Assembly (NCBI GenBank): GCA_010093705.1
Contig: MU006103.1
Span: forward strand, 248,001-312,000
Length of the DNA: 64,000 bases
Direction of reading: 5' to 3'
DNA from: Patellaria atrata CBS 101060
Lineage: Eukaryota
Position numbers and translations under genes: made by a program. The first letter of the stretch is position 1. Every line of letters begins with the position of its first letter. Positions 10,508 through 24,342 of the stretch are shown here, in pieces. The notes under the pieces were generated by a model that was not told the origin of the DNA, did no database searches, and saw nothing but the letters and a program-made list of their open reading frames with translations.

Positions 10508-12847
10508 GACAACGATTAATACAGTAACGGGGGAAATCTCCTCAGGTGCAGCCACACTCTATCGAATCATACGAAGATGTCGTGAAGCTGGTTGAATATG
10601 AATATACTGGATACCACGGTAGTTCGGCCTGACGGACTTGGTAGGCAGTATACCTTAGGTAGGCCTCCAGATATGTTTTATGTCCAGCAAACTTAAGGTA
10701 ATATTTCTACAGAAAGTCTAGGAAGCTGCAACTGTGAAGCGCCAGCCTCGTAAAAGGAAAGAGCCTTTGAGCAGACGTCTATACGAAAAGGGTGCCTAGT
10801 CCCGGCCGGCTATGATGAGTTACTGCATGTCACTTCGTGTGAGACAGTATGCCAGACACCGAAATAGGTATGTTCGAGCAGTGTCACTCTGAACTCGGAA
10901 AGAGAGAGGCGGGAGGTAGGTTCTTGAAGATGGGATCGGAATGGGAAGGGTAGATGAATCGGAACGTCGTTGGCGCAATGCTGCCCAAAGAGCATTAAAA
11001 GTAAACGTCTCGACTCCTGGGAAAGAGAGGCGACACAGGGAAGATGGTAGAACTGGGGACTGGAACTAGTTCTATTTCTGCAGCGCTATGGGCGGTTTTT
11101 GACGTAGCGTATGTGCAATAGAGCTGCGTTTGTACAGTAGAGTACTAGTATGGGAAGACGTAGAGTAACGAGAGGTCAAAGATGTTGGAAAGGAAAGAAA
11201 AGAAAGAGAAGGAAGAAAGGACAAGAGAGTTGGAAAAGGCAAGCACCTCAATAATGTGATGTGTATAGTACATGAACTAGTATAGGTATAGTTAAGTCCT
11301 GGGTCTTTCAAGATGGTGCCCTTGGTGGATGGAGGCACATGAGCGGGCGGCGGGATGGATTGAGTGGAGTTGCGTGGGGAAGGAGTTGAGAACCCTTGAT
11401 TACCGTAAGGTACATTTTCTGAGAGGGGAGGGGAAAACTTGGTTGGTCCTCCTTCATATCCACCTGCTGTGAGACATCAAAGCCCGCAGAGAAATTTGTG
11501 AGAGAGCCTAAACTATGGCGGGGTCGTCCACCATTACAAAGGGTAATAATGCAGCAATCCCTCCTCTTAATCCTACGTTTCCTGTATACCAGTACAGCTA
11601 ATCCTTTTATGATCCTCAAGCCATAAGATCTTTTTGAGCCTCTTCCGTTCTTTCGAACCCATGAGGTAAAGATCTCTCTGCCTGAGAGAAAGCCCGAAGC
11701 TAGGATGCGTACTGTGGTTCGATCCGTAGCCCGAACATCCCCACCAGATCCTCTCCAGATCCTCCTCCGCGCAAACTCTTCTTCACAGCCACGATGGAAC
11801 ATGTTCTCTGTACCGTATTGACTTTAAGGTACTGCCTCGTCGTGCTGATATTATTGCTGACATCTGTACTCCCAACAAATCCGAACAAGAAAAAGTACAG
11901 TACACCACCCACAATCAGCCCGCAGGGGGCCGATGGCATCCAGCAACGGGAAAAGGTCAGACTATTTCTCATTTCTCACTAGAATGGCTGCAAGTCAACC
12001 AAAACTCCAATCCATCTGTGCCCCCTCACTGCGTTGCTTTTCCGCAAGTTTTTCTACAGCATCCCCGTCCCACAATGTCCGAAATGACTGGACAGTCCAG
12101 CTAGCACACACACACATATCCCCATGGCGCTGTCACTTCCGCTTTGGCTATCATATGCAGCATCGCAGATTTGAACGCAGTCGGCTAAAAAGGGGTGGAA
12201 GAACGAGCAGTGCGAGGGTAACGGACCGTGTGAGACTGAGAGAAACATCCATCTTCCCCCGTCCCGACCGACAGACGTGAGCTCCAACCTCAGCCTGCCT
12301 GTCCCGTCTTACTGCTGTGTTACCGTCTTTAAGAGAGGTATATAAAAGATCGAACTAGATGCCGCACAGCACAGATCTCTGAACGTATCGTGCACAAGAT
12401 ATCAATCTTCTCTCAGAAAACGCATACTTGTCACATTTCTAATTTGCACATGACCCTAGTCAACTCGCATGGTTCCGATGAAGCCACAGGTGCACAGTTG
12501 GAACAGATTCAACGTGGCCATTAGATTTTCGAGCTATTTCCACCCCATACTCGTCAACAATTCGGTGCTACACAACAGTCAGAGACACGAGGAGTCGCGA
12601 CGTGTAACCGTCAGGCCGTTGCAGGCCTCTCTGGCCCCGTCGCACCACCCTCAATGAGCCTTTTTCTTTTTGCAATCTTTAAGACATTCCCTAGAAACAA
12701 ACCAACGCCGTCCACCTGTGACCAGATCAGACTCGATCAACACCCGCAAATGCCAAGATTAAACCGAACCTCTCATTGAATAGTAATGAAATTGTATGGA
12801 TTGCATTTTGATACAAAAGTTAGCTTTCATGATTAGTAGAGGGAAAT

Positions 12848-15800
12848 TCAACTTTCGTAGTAAGAATCGCGAGACTTTTCCTGTGGAGGCCAATTTCCCG
12901 CCAGAGTGGATTGCTGTGACCACCCGGCGCTAGGTCCCTTAAGTCGGCGTTCTGTAAAATGCGTCAGTGCAAAATTTCATGCTTCATGGAATCAGTAGGT
13001 GCTGACCTTGCTCAAAGTCTCCCCAGCGTTTCATGGTGATTTTGCTGCTATCAAACTCCCCTTCATACTCGATACCCGCTTTCTTTGTCTTCTCACCTGC
13101 AGTCTTCCGTGTGTCACCCCAGCTGAAATCGTCGAATTTCCAGAATGCGTATGTCGGTAATAAGAAATTCCAGATGGGTAGTGAGAGCAAATAGATAAGC
13201 ATCCAAGCGACGTATGACCACCTGTGAGCCGTGAGAACAATGAGTACAGCTGGTAGACCCAAGATCAAAGCCAATAGGATTAAGGGAATCACTGGTGCTT
13301 CCGTATTCGTCGCGGCTGCCTGGATTGCTAGAATGATGAGGTAGATGGTGAACGAGATCGCTGCTGGGAGAACAAGCGTTCCGACAAGTTCGATGAAAAC
13401 AACGAATTGCATACTAAAGCAGAATGTCCCGCAAAGATCTCTCACGAGAACCAGTTCCATAAGGTTGTGAACGGTACTGTTGATCCATCTCCGACGTTGT
13501 GAGAGAAGCACTTTGAATTTGTCAGGGACTGTAGTTTTGCAGACAGCCTGAGGTACAAAGACTTGTTTCCGTTTAGGGAAAGTTTTGAGCATCAGTGTTG
13601 ATAGGTAGCGATCCTCGCCTAACAATAGCAGATTCTTCTTATGTAGAGTATCCACGACATTCTCTGAATAATGCTCCACAACATCCGGATTGGCTAGAAT
13701 TGGTACCCAGTAGTTATGCTCCCCTTTCGGAGCTTTGATCCGATACATGCAGAAGCACCCTGGCAGACAGGTTACACCACCGAAAACGGATTCGAAGGAT
13801 TTGGAGAGATGATGGGAGATGAAGTATTCGAAAACCTGAATCATCGAAACCCAGCTCTGCCTCTTGTTCGCGATCTTAGTCTCTCCGCACAAACCCATTA
13901 TCTCGGGATCCTTTACCATGGCTGAGATCATGTGCGTCAAACTGTCGGGGAAGACCTTTGTGTCCGCATCAACCATGAGCACCATCTCGTAGAAATCAGG
14001 CGAAATTCCGGTGATTTTCCAGATACCGTTGAACATTTCGAATTCGAGTTCAGTCATACGCTCATCGAACATGACCTTCTGTAAGAAAGACATAAGAATG
14101 ATCTGACTGTCACGTTTCCCACGGTTTCCAGGTTTGCTCTTCTTTGCTTCATCAGGGGTACCGCACTTAACGATGACCATCATCGGGACGCGTTGCTGTT
14201 TCTCGTGAGGAACGGCTGACAACTCGCCGTAGTCATAAAACCCAGAGTATACCTGGGCCATATTGTGACGTTTGGATCCACTCGCGACGGCCACATAAGA
14301 GAATGATGGGACCTCATTAGGGAGTACAGTATGATCCTTCATCATCGAGAGAGCAATTTCTGGAGTTGTGAATTCCTCGCCCTTACCTTTGATCATACCG
14401 TCACAGATGACCAGCATAATCTTGTGGCTATTCGGGTAGTCTGTGGTTGCAATAGAATCCATAGTGGTGCGAAGACCATCAGCTCCTTCTGAGTAAGCAG
14501 TGACTAGACAGATAACATGTGCAAGTGGATAGCCAAATGGTTGCCATTCTGGTGGAGGTTGGGGAACAACAGCATCATGGATAAAACCTGCTGGACCTGG
14601 TCCGTCGACTTCACCCATGACACTGGAGTACCGTTGATCTGTAGTTTGGGACGACATCATGATACTTGCACGACCATCTTGAGTCATGCTTTTACCTGTT
14701 GAATCAACGAACGTTGGAAGGGTACCTTGGCTATTGTTCCCTTGCTTATACATAGAACTTCCGGGAATTAATCGAGAAGTAGAGCTCTGACTTGCCATGG
14801 TTGTGGGTGCTGGTCGATTCTTGGCCAGAGATCTCTCGATTGTGTAAGGACTGCTGAACCTGGAAGTTGTCGGGAGAAAGCTCATACGTTTACTATTCCT
14901 ATCGCCAGTTGGTGCAATAGGATCCGCAAGCTTGGGGGGGGCGCGATAGATATCATCGCTCCAGTCCTCAATCTGCTGTTTACGAGACTTCGAATCGGGA
15001 CCTAAAGAAGTCTTTGGAGCTCCAAATCGACGTGATAGAACCCATTGGAAGAATAAAGCAAGGACAAATTTGGCCCCAACGATGGCGAGGATGAAAGAAA
15101 GTGATACGTATAGGACAACCTTAGAGGCGATGCAACCAACTGTTGCAGTGTCTATAGAGCCAACCTTGATGATCTCCGTGAGACAACGGGCGATTTGTTT
15201 ATCTTTACTAGAAGAGAATGATAAGGTAACGTCCACACCTCTGACCGCAGGATTCTGTCTGAGTTCATCGAATTCCCGTGGATAGCTCACTTGGGAGGTA
15301 TTGAACCAGTTCAGAAGGTTCAGGTCAAGGACATCGCCTCCCCATACCATCAGATTTCGGCTAGAGTTTCTGATATCATCCCAAGTAAAGTAAACATCAC
15401 CAGAACTACGGAGATCGTAGAAGTACTGCCGAGACTTTTTGGACGTATGACAAGAATAGCCAAAATAATATGGAATGGTTTTGTTGGGCTCGCTGGAACC
15501 ATCTTGATTGAACGGATGGCATGGGAAATACCAGGCTAGATTTCCATCCTTATCAGTAGGGACGTCCGAGCCCGGGGCAGCTGTTATAAGATTTTTGCAG
15601 TGCCCGTTGACATTTTGAAACAGGAAGCTGCCATCCTTTCCTCCATTTGGTGGTTGGGTATCAAAAAGCACATTCGCGTCTTCCTGTATTCCACGGGCAA
15701 GCGGGTGATGGGAACGGGATAAGTCATATGCTTGACCATGGAAGATCATGAAACCTTTGTCGACCTTATTGATTCGTAGACGCTCTCCACCACCCTGGGG

Positions 15801-16586
15801 ACAAACGGTTTGCGTGAAACCAAAAGTCAGGTAACCAACAAATGCACAGACCATCAGAATAATGCTAATCAATCCCATCTTTTCACGCCAGGCACGCTGT
15901 TGAGCTTTTGCTGGCTTCCCAAAGCAACGGAGTATAGCATTGGGACACCAAAAGGTAACAAGAGTGCAATAAGCTGTCCAAAGGCTTGGTGGTCGAGCGG
16001 CGTCCAATTGTTTTTGGCGGATTTTTTCTTGCTCCTCAAGTGCTTTGGTATCTTTCCTGGTAAGTTTCCTTTGGAGCTTACCGCCTTTGGATCTACTCCT
16101 ATCAAGCGGGGTGATTCGGCCTTGCTTCTCTGAGTATTCACGGTGCCCTCCTCTTTGCGGAGGACTGTTATTCAGAGTGTCCGTGTCCACAAGTTCCTCA
16201 ACAATAGGGTCATTTCCAGTCGTAGAAGGATAGACCTCCATATTCTGTGCATGTTTACGATAATGGTAATTCGGATCGTCCTTTTTTACGCGCCGACGCT
16301 CTGGCCTGATAAGGCTCTTTTTCCGTGCAAGATCACCGCTTCCGCCGCGTTGAGACGCTATGATAGGATCACGATCACCCATTTCTCCGGGGGAAGGTAG
16401 AGACTGTTGAACAGCGTGAAAGCCGCCTTTCCGGGTTGGAGATGTCTGAGGAGGGGGAGTACGAGTATGGTACGCTCGCGATTCTATATCGGATGGACGT
16501 CGTCTTCGCGGTGACTCGCGATAAGGGGCGCGCTGGCGTTGTTCCCGCCGGGGAGAGTCCCCCATAGGTCTCTCTGGCAAAGACAT
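12848..16586 (-). CDS. CHS3: Class IV chitin synthase (yeast Chs3 orthologue)
   Basis: GT2 chitin synthase motifs [37 protein letters not shown] and DDFSWG. The last intron 13006-12952 adds exon 12951-12848 (ERRLK..YYES*). Confidence 0.95.
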
Positions 16587-19299
16587 TGTGCTATTGGGAA
16601 GTGTATTGTTAGCAGCATTCTAGGGACACGTAGAAGAACAAAGCCCAAGACTAAACGCCACCTACTCGTCAAAGAGGTCAAAACCGCTACAATCCAACCG
16701 GTGCAAGATATTTTAAAGCGACAGTACGATTGTTTGAAGTCAAACCATGCGGCGAAGCAACCCAGTCAAGGCTGGCGTCCGACGTGATTTGGAAGTGATA
16801 GGTGAAGAGATGGGTTCCGATTCTCACAGTTGGGCGATCAAACTGCTTAGGTAAATTGAGTCAAAACGAGATCGAAATCGAATCATCCACGAAAGCGATA
16901 GATAGGATGCAATAACGAGAGACGAGAAAGCAAGGGAATGTAGCGAGTGACAACGTAAGGAGGTGTAGCGAGTGGTAACAGCGAGTGTCAGGTTTGGGTG
17001 AAGCGGCAACAAGAGGATTGGAGCGGAGACCCACCTTGGCCCTTGGAAACCCCTGGATGACAACAACCTTAATCGAAGCAGGCAAACAATGCAAAAAGTT
17101 CCCACCAAAAACAAGGGGTTGCGGGCTCGTGGCTTTAAGGATGGGGGCTAACTGATGTTAAAAGTTATTATTGGAAGTATCCAGTGGTGGAGCAAACTCG
17201 ATTTTTTGTGTGTGCCTGGACGAATGGTTAACAAATGACGCCGCCGGCCACTACTTTTACATTTGTTGACCGGGCAGCGCTTGAAGGTTTGCACAGCCCT
17301 TGCCGGCATCATCGTGTATCATCACTCTTTTAAGACTATATCATCACAAGTAAAGTATCGTAACTTCGTACTCCCCTTGAATATTACGACTAATTCGGAG
17401 TAGGACTCATGTCTATTGCGCTTACTTGACCCTTTACGACCTCTCCGTTAGTACCTGCAGTAGATCTCTTCCAGGTTCAATCAACTCTCTATCCTCTAGG
17501 GAGCGTACAGGAACATCTCGGTTCATTCAAACCGAACATTTTACCGTCAATTCTTTGTACTTGCCCATGCTTTCAGTCGGTATAATAATATTTCTGGTAC
17601 TTCACGGCATCTGCGATTCTAAGAAAAGTCAACGGTCAAAATACAGAGTGGTCATGTGAACGAATTTATTATATTGCCAGACAAATTGAGCTTAGAGGCT
17701 AGAACTCCTAGCTCTACACAGTAAATTATCGACTTTTTGTTCTCATGACGGATATGGGTTACAAAATCGTATCTATCTTCCAAAACTCTGCAAGGTAGGA
17801 TTGCAATCGTCTAGACCCATCCCACCGAGATATTAGGGATGTAGCAAGAGGAGGGTATCAGGATGCAGGTGGGAGGCGCGAATGTAGATGTGGACATTTA
17901 TAAACCAACAGTTCTCTACGAGTGTTCTGTAATAGTCTACTCTCGTTGAAATAGTTGAATATACATAGTTATTACCATTATTGTGATCTTCTAGTCTGAG
18001 TATATCAGAATGGAGAAGGCCATTCGAAAGGAATCTCTCTTCCTTTATGATCATCATCATCAGGTTACGGAGTACTTGACCTTTATAGCAAGGCCTTAAC
18101 ACCGTACTCCCGCGGAGTTTTACCTCAGTCTAGCACGTCTAGCTACCTTTCGATTTTTTCAGGTTATGTCGTAAATTTTATACGAATCGCGCCACTAGAC
18201 ACCCCGGGGCCTGAAGCCAGAAGCTGCTCCGTACGGAGTACATTCAAGACATGAACAATAATTGGACGCGTGGACGGTACCGCGTGGTATTTTCAATAGA
18301 ATAGGAAGAGTCGGCATACAGTCAGATTCCGTAACACATCAATCATCCACCGAAAGAGAACTTCCCGTAAGCTCTTACAGTACATAGCAATTGTCTTGTT
18401 GTTCTTAGGTTTACCTTAACTGTACTGTAAAAAGTACCGAGGGGGGCTTGGTTTCGAGATCGCCAAGTGGACAAGGGAGCTGCGAACCGTCAGTTTAGAC
18501 GGGATAAGGTAAGGTAGACATCCCCAACCTCCGTAAGGTACATATGTACGTACAGTATTCCTTGATAGTTAACAGTCGACAGCTTTATGCATAAGCGTTC
18601 CTTTACGTCTTTTTTGTTAACTCTTCTAGGCGTCTGGCTCGGCTGTGGTTGGCGTTTCAAGACACCTTCTATATTCGCCGTACAGGTTTAGCTAGCTCTA
18701 CATCAAGCTCCAAGGGCTCCATCTTGTGGGGGCTTCTGACTTAAACACTCTTTTACGGCGCAAGCATTTCTGGCCTATTTCTCTCTTTTCTCCCCTTCAC
18801 TCTTTAACATTCAATCTTGTGCCAACCCGGTGGCCTACGCCATACATTCGTTCGAGTATTTTCTAACTCATGAGACGGATGGATAAAAACCTGACACTCA
18901 TTTGCAACTAGAAGGTGAGCCAACTGTTACCATACACTCCAGTATCGGTGACATAGCCAAACTTCTACCTCCGACCCTGCATAAACACTGCTCTTGGAAT
19001 TTTTGTATACCCTGTCTACACTCGTTTCGTGAAAACCACCAATCCTTACTCCTACCGCTATCTTCCAAGCTTTCGTCATTGAGAAACTTGCTAACAAAGT
19101 TCTCTCCTAAATTAACAGAGTCTTGTTCTTCTACTCCGCTGTGTCACGCGGAAAGCACCTCACAAGGTACCTTTTCACAGAGTAATAACCGGATCCCGGA
19201 CTTCATTTCAGCACCACTCTTTACATAAATTCGGGTTTCACCGACATACAATTAGAACTGGAGCAGACATAGGGCACCTCCTCTATTGATATCGAAGAG

Positions 19300-21384
19300 A
19301 TGCCGCCCTTAAGCCCCCAACATCCAGCCTTAAACGCGCCATTACCTACCCCTCCCCCAGAGGCACATAAACAATCTGGATTACAAAGGTCCTTCTCCTA
19401 TGAAGAGTACAACGAGAAGAATGGAGTAAATCTCTCTTCAAACTCCTCTATACGACGAAAGCCTGTCCCAGGGATCGTCTACCCACCAGCAACTGCAGAT
19501 CAAAGGGCCTCTACACAGTCGGGATCATCAGTCGCGCCCAGTTCCGATGGTCATTCAATTACAACATCACGAGACACTCCAAATACTGAAATATCTCGAG
19601 ATGGCGATTCTACGTTCGATATGCCCGAAACAAAATCTATCCCGTACCGGCAAAGAAACGTACATGAAGCGGGAGAGAACTTACGGCGCTCTAATGTTGC
19701 TGAAATTGTGGGGTTAATGAGCCTTGATAATGAAGGACCTAATCCGGAGATTCTAGAAGAGGGCGTTCAAGACCTAGATCAACATACACCGTTACAATAT
19801 CATCACCAAAGCGAGTCCTCCCCAAAACGAGATGACCGTAGTAGATCCAATCATGGAAAGTCAAGAAGTACAAGCTCTCGAGCTTCATCCAGTGCCCATA
19901 CTCCCTCTAGTGGCCATGCTCCATCATCATCTTTCCACGCGCCGCGCAGTGAACTCCTGGTACCACTAGCCACAGCTCCTAGGCCAAAATCTTCTTATAC
20001 GTTGGGATCTGAATTACGTGGACGAACACATTCGCCTCATTTATCTGTCGGTGGATCGCCAACAAGTTCACCAGTTGCTCATGGACGCGCACACTCAGCA
20101 CATCGCCGTTCCCCTGACATGAGACCCATGTCTTATGTTGACCTTCTAAATGTTCCATATGCTCAACAGATTGCGCCAGCTGGCAGTTCGGATAACGCAT
20201 ATTTACAGAAGTCTGTCGGCAGTAATGCCTCCTTATTAGATACTAGGAAGACCTTGGAAATGTACCGTATGAACTTAAAGAAGACTAACGAACCCTCCCT
20301 ACATTACGAATTTGCTTTGTATTTGATTAGCTTCGCTCAACAGGCCGAAGATACGAATGAGACAGCCGAATTAATACGAGAATCCCGCACGATCTTACAA
20401 CAACTATCAAATCGAGGATATCCATTCGCTCAATATTATCTTGCAGATGGTTACGCCTCGGGTCTCTTTAACAAGGGCAAAGAAGATTATGACAAGGCTT
20501 TCCCTCTATTTGTTTCGGCAAGTAAGCATGGTCATGCCGAAGCGGGCTATCGAGCAGCTTTATGTTACGAGTTCGGATGGGGAGGACGAAAGGATTATGC
20601 TAAAGCTGTCCAGTTTTACCGCGCATCAGCTTCTAAGAACCATCCTGGTGCTGCGACGCGATTAGGAAAGGCTTGTCTAACTGGAGAAATGGGGTTGCAA
20701 GGGAAATACCGTGAAGGTATCAAATGGCTCAAACGAGCTGCGGAAGCTGCTGATCATCAGTACAACTCTGCGCCCTACGAACTTGGAACGTTACATGTTA
20801 CAGGATTTGGCGATGATATATTCAAAGACGAAGCATATGCAGCCCAACTCTTCACCAAATCAGCCGAACTGGGTCATCCAGAAGCCAACCTACGCATGGG
20901 CGAAGCGTACGAGCACGGGCTTCTGATGTGTCCAAAAGACCCGGCTCTCAGCGTACACTTCTACAATGGGGCTGCGCAAGCGGGTATTCCGGAGGCCATG
21001 ATGGCCCTTTGTGCATGGTATATGGTCGGTGCGGAACCTGTCCTCGAGAAGGACGAGAATGAGGCGTATGAATGGGCTAAGAAAGCAGCGGAACTTGGTA
21101 AAATCCATATATCCCCAGCGACATCCGCATATTAATATAGATTAGGTCTTCCCAAAGCTGAATACGCCGTTGGATACTTCACAGAGATGGGCATCGGTTG
21201 CAGAAGGGATCCACTCGAGGCCAATGTTTGGTACGTCAAGGCTGCAGACCAAGGTGATGACCGTGCAAGACAACGTCTTGCAATCATCCGCGCTGCGGCC
21301 TCGGGGGATCCCGGCATCCCGGTATCAGAGAAGAAGGTTGGGAAGAAGGGGGGGAAAGACGATAAGGATTGCATCGTCATGTAA
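19300..21384 (+). CDS. SKT5: Chitin synthase activator (Skt5/Chs4), Sel1-like repeats, C-terminal CAAX box
   Basis: Sel1 repeats (AQYYLADGY, AMMALCAWYMVG). Intron 21098-21145 gives GLPKAEYAVGYF. The protein ends with CIVM. Confidence 0.92.
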
Positions 21385-22274
21385 CACCACTTGTATTTTT
21401 TGGCGTACCTTTTGAGTACGACTTTGACTATTTCCGAATGACTTCAGGGGTTGGAGTTTTTAAGCATGAGTTTGTGTATCTCCACTTTGTTGGAGGCGAT
21501 TTCATTTTGCATTTCGGTCCCAGTTGGACCATCTCCATTCTGTTTCAGGAGATATGATCGAGCATTTCAGGAGATTCAGGCATTCTGGAGTTTGGCAGAG
21601 TTGGGTTCTGCATAATTGAAAAAGATGCCTTAGATAGGAGGTTGGATGTCTTGCTTTATAGACCAGAGGTCTTAATACTTAATTTACTATTACCGGGATG
21701 GCAAGGGGGTAGCATTACCCACCGGAATTGATACTATTCCGAACGATCTTGTACAATACCTATTGAGACTCGAAGATGATTGAAAAAATTGGGAATTGTA
21801 CAATATGGTTATTCCTTGCTTACTATATGCTCAGTACCGTGCCGTACCTTACCGTATTATCTTGGCTGACGATCTTATGAAGCTTAAACCGGTGATGGAT
21901 TCCTGGAGATAAAACTAACTTATCGATAGCTGCCGCGAGGCTAAAGTTATAGGGGGCAGATGACCCGGGAGCGTTCTCTTTATCATCAGATAGATAGCCG
22001 CCTCTAAGCGCAACCATCCTTCCTATTTCGTAACATAAATCCCTAGGATAAGGTAAAATATATCAATTGACATGTTTGACACGCCCTTTGACGTTTGATA
22101 CCTGGATACCTGCATATGTCATGCAGACCACTCGGTTATAATTACGTTTCGTGATAATACTGGTTGCGTATATGTAGGCTTGAATGCTCCCATCATGTGA
22201 AAGTCCTCTTGATATTTTGAATGAACAATTGAAAAGCTATATCTGGTAGACGATATACTCCATATACAAAAAGG

Positions 22275-24064
22275 ATGGCACCACCTTCAGCAACTGAAGT
22301 AGACGCTGTAACAGACACTCAGGGAGTCACTCTCCCCGATCCATTGACCGCACCCATAACAGCCAACGATGCATACGGACGGCGGAAAAAGTACCAGAAG
22401 AGCCATTGGGGTGTCGCCGCTCCTGCTCACAGTGACATGTTCAAGTCTCCCAGACAAATGACCAAGCCGAAGGCAAAAAGGTGGGATCGTAAGTCAGTCG
22501 CGCAGCATCAGGGGCAATACCAACCCTCATACCCTCAGACGACGAGACTAACAATGCCCACAGATAGATTGAACACAGAAGCACACTCACGAACCGGGAA
22601 CTCCCTCAAACAAGCCGCACGATTCCTCTCCACGCCCGGCATCATCAGCCTAGGAGGCGGCCTCCCCTCCTCCCAATTCTTCCCCTTCGACTCCCTCTCC
22701 ATCAAGGTCCCTGCCCCCGGCCACTTCTCCGAATCCGAAACCTACGAGTCCGGAGTCACCCTGCACGCCGGGAAGCACGACCTGGCCACCGACGCCTCCA
22801 TCTTCGACATCGCGACCGCCTTCAATTACGGCCAGGGCACCGGCTCCGCGCAGCTCCTCCGCTTCGTCACCGAGCACACCGAAATGTGCCACGATCCCCC
22901 CTACGGCGACTGGAACTGCAACCTCAGCATCGGCAGCACGAGCGCGCTGGACATGGCGTTCCGCATGTTCACGCAGCGCGGGGACGTCATCCTAAGCGAG
23001 GAATATACGTTCGTGACGGCGGTCGAGACAGCGGCGCCCATGGGGGTGAAAGTGGTTGGGGTGAAGATGGACAGCGAGGGTCTACTCCCCTCCGCCCTCG
23101 ACGAAATTCTAAGCTCCTGGGACGAAAACGTACGAGGCGCGAAGAAGCCGTTTCTGCTGTACACCGTGCCGTCCGGGCAAAACCCAACCGGAGCCACACA
23201 AGGCGCAGAACGCAGAAGGTCCATCTACAAACTCGCGCAAAAGCACGATTTATACATCATAGAAGACGAACCGTACTACTTCCTCCAGATGCAACCCTAC
23301 ACCGGCGCCCACCAACCCCCCGCGCCGCTTCCGACCTCCCACGCCGAATTCCTCGCTTCCCTCGTCCCGAGCCTGCTGAGCATGGACACCGACGGCCGAG
23401 TCCTCCGCCTCGACTCTTTTTCAAAAGTGCTGAGCCCCGGCGCGCGCGTAGGCTGGATCACGGCCTCGAACGAGGTCGTCGAGAAGTACCGCATGCACGC
23501 GGACGTGTCGACGCAGAGCCCGAGCGGGCCGATGCAGCTGATCCTGTTCAAGCTGCTTGAGGAGCACTGGGGCCACGGCGGGTATCTGGACTGGTTGCTG
23601 CACGTGCGGGTCGAGTACACGCGGCGGCGGGATGTTATTTTGGCGGCGTGCGAGCGGTATTTGCCCACGAGTATCGTGAGCTGGGAGCCCCCGATGGCGG
23701 GGATGTTTGTGAGTCTGTTCTTCTTCTGTTGTGAGTGAGAGCATTGGGGATACTGGTGGCTGACTTTTGGGGATAGCATTGGCTTCGTGTGAATTGGCGG
23801 CTTCATCCGTCCGCGGGTACGAAATCGATCACGGAGATTGAGGAGGAGATCTTTATGAATAATATTGAGAATGGTACGTTGCTGATGCGTGGGAGCTGGT
23901 TCTATGCGGATAGAGATGCGGAGCATGATACCATGTTCTTCCGAGCCACATACGCAGCCGCGCCGTTCGATAAGATCGAGGAAGGGATTAGACGGTTTGG
24001 AGAGAGTCTGAGAAAATCTTTCAAGTTGGAGGAGAGTAACGGGGTAGGGAATAGGAAGGTTTGA
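22275..24064 (+). CDS. ARO8: Aromatic amino acid / 2-aminoadipate aminotransferase (PLP, class I/II)
   Basis: Motifs ISLGGGLP, YTVPSGQNPTG, IIEDEPYYFL and DSFSKVLSPGARVGW. Introns 22489-22563 and 23709-23776. Confidence 0.92.
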
Positions 24065-24342
24065 GGTGGGTACTGCGTATGTTATGTCCTGAATGCTGGT
24101 TTTTAAGGAGTACCGGGATGAAAGAGCAAAGGAGTGTCTTAACACAGAGTTGTGCATATCCAAGGGACGCATATTAGTCTAACGGATGCCTACAAAGTAC
24201 CATATATGGTTTACTTGTACGTAATGGAAAGGGGGAAAACTCATGCATCAGCTGTCACAGTTGAAATATCTACTCTTACATTTTGGATGTTCCTGTACCC
24301 ATTCTAGCTCCCAGAGCGCTTAATCTCAAAGGTATCACCGAC

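Noticed and set aside
11072..12657. Several short ORFs between the WD40 gene and CHS3
   Set aside because: Overlapping, motif-less ORFs with no consistent splice model; probably UTR or promoter sequence.
23297..24172. 291-aa minus-strand ORF
   Set aside because: Antisense to the GC-rich ARO8 coding region.
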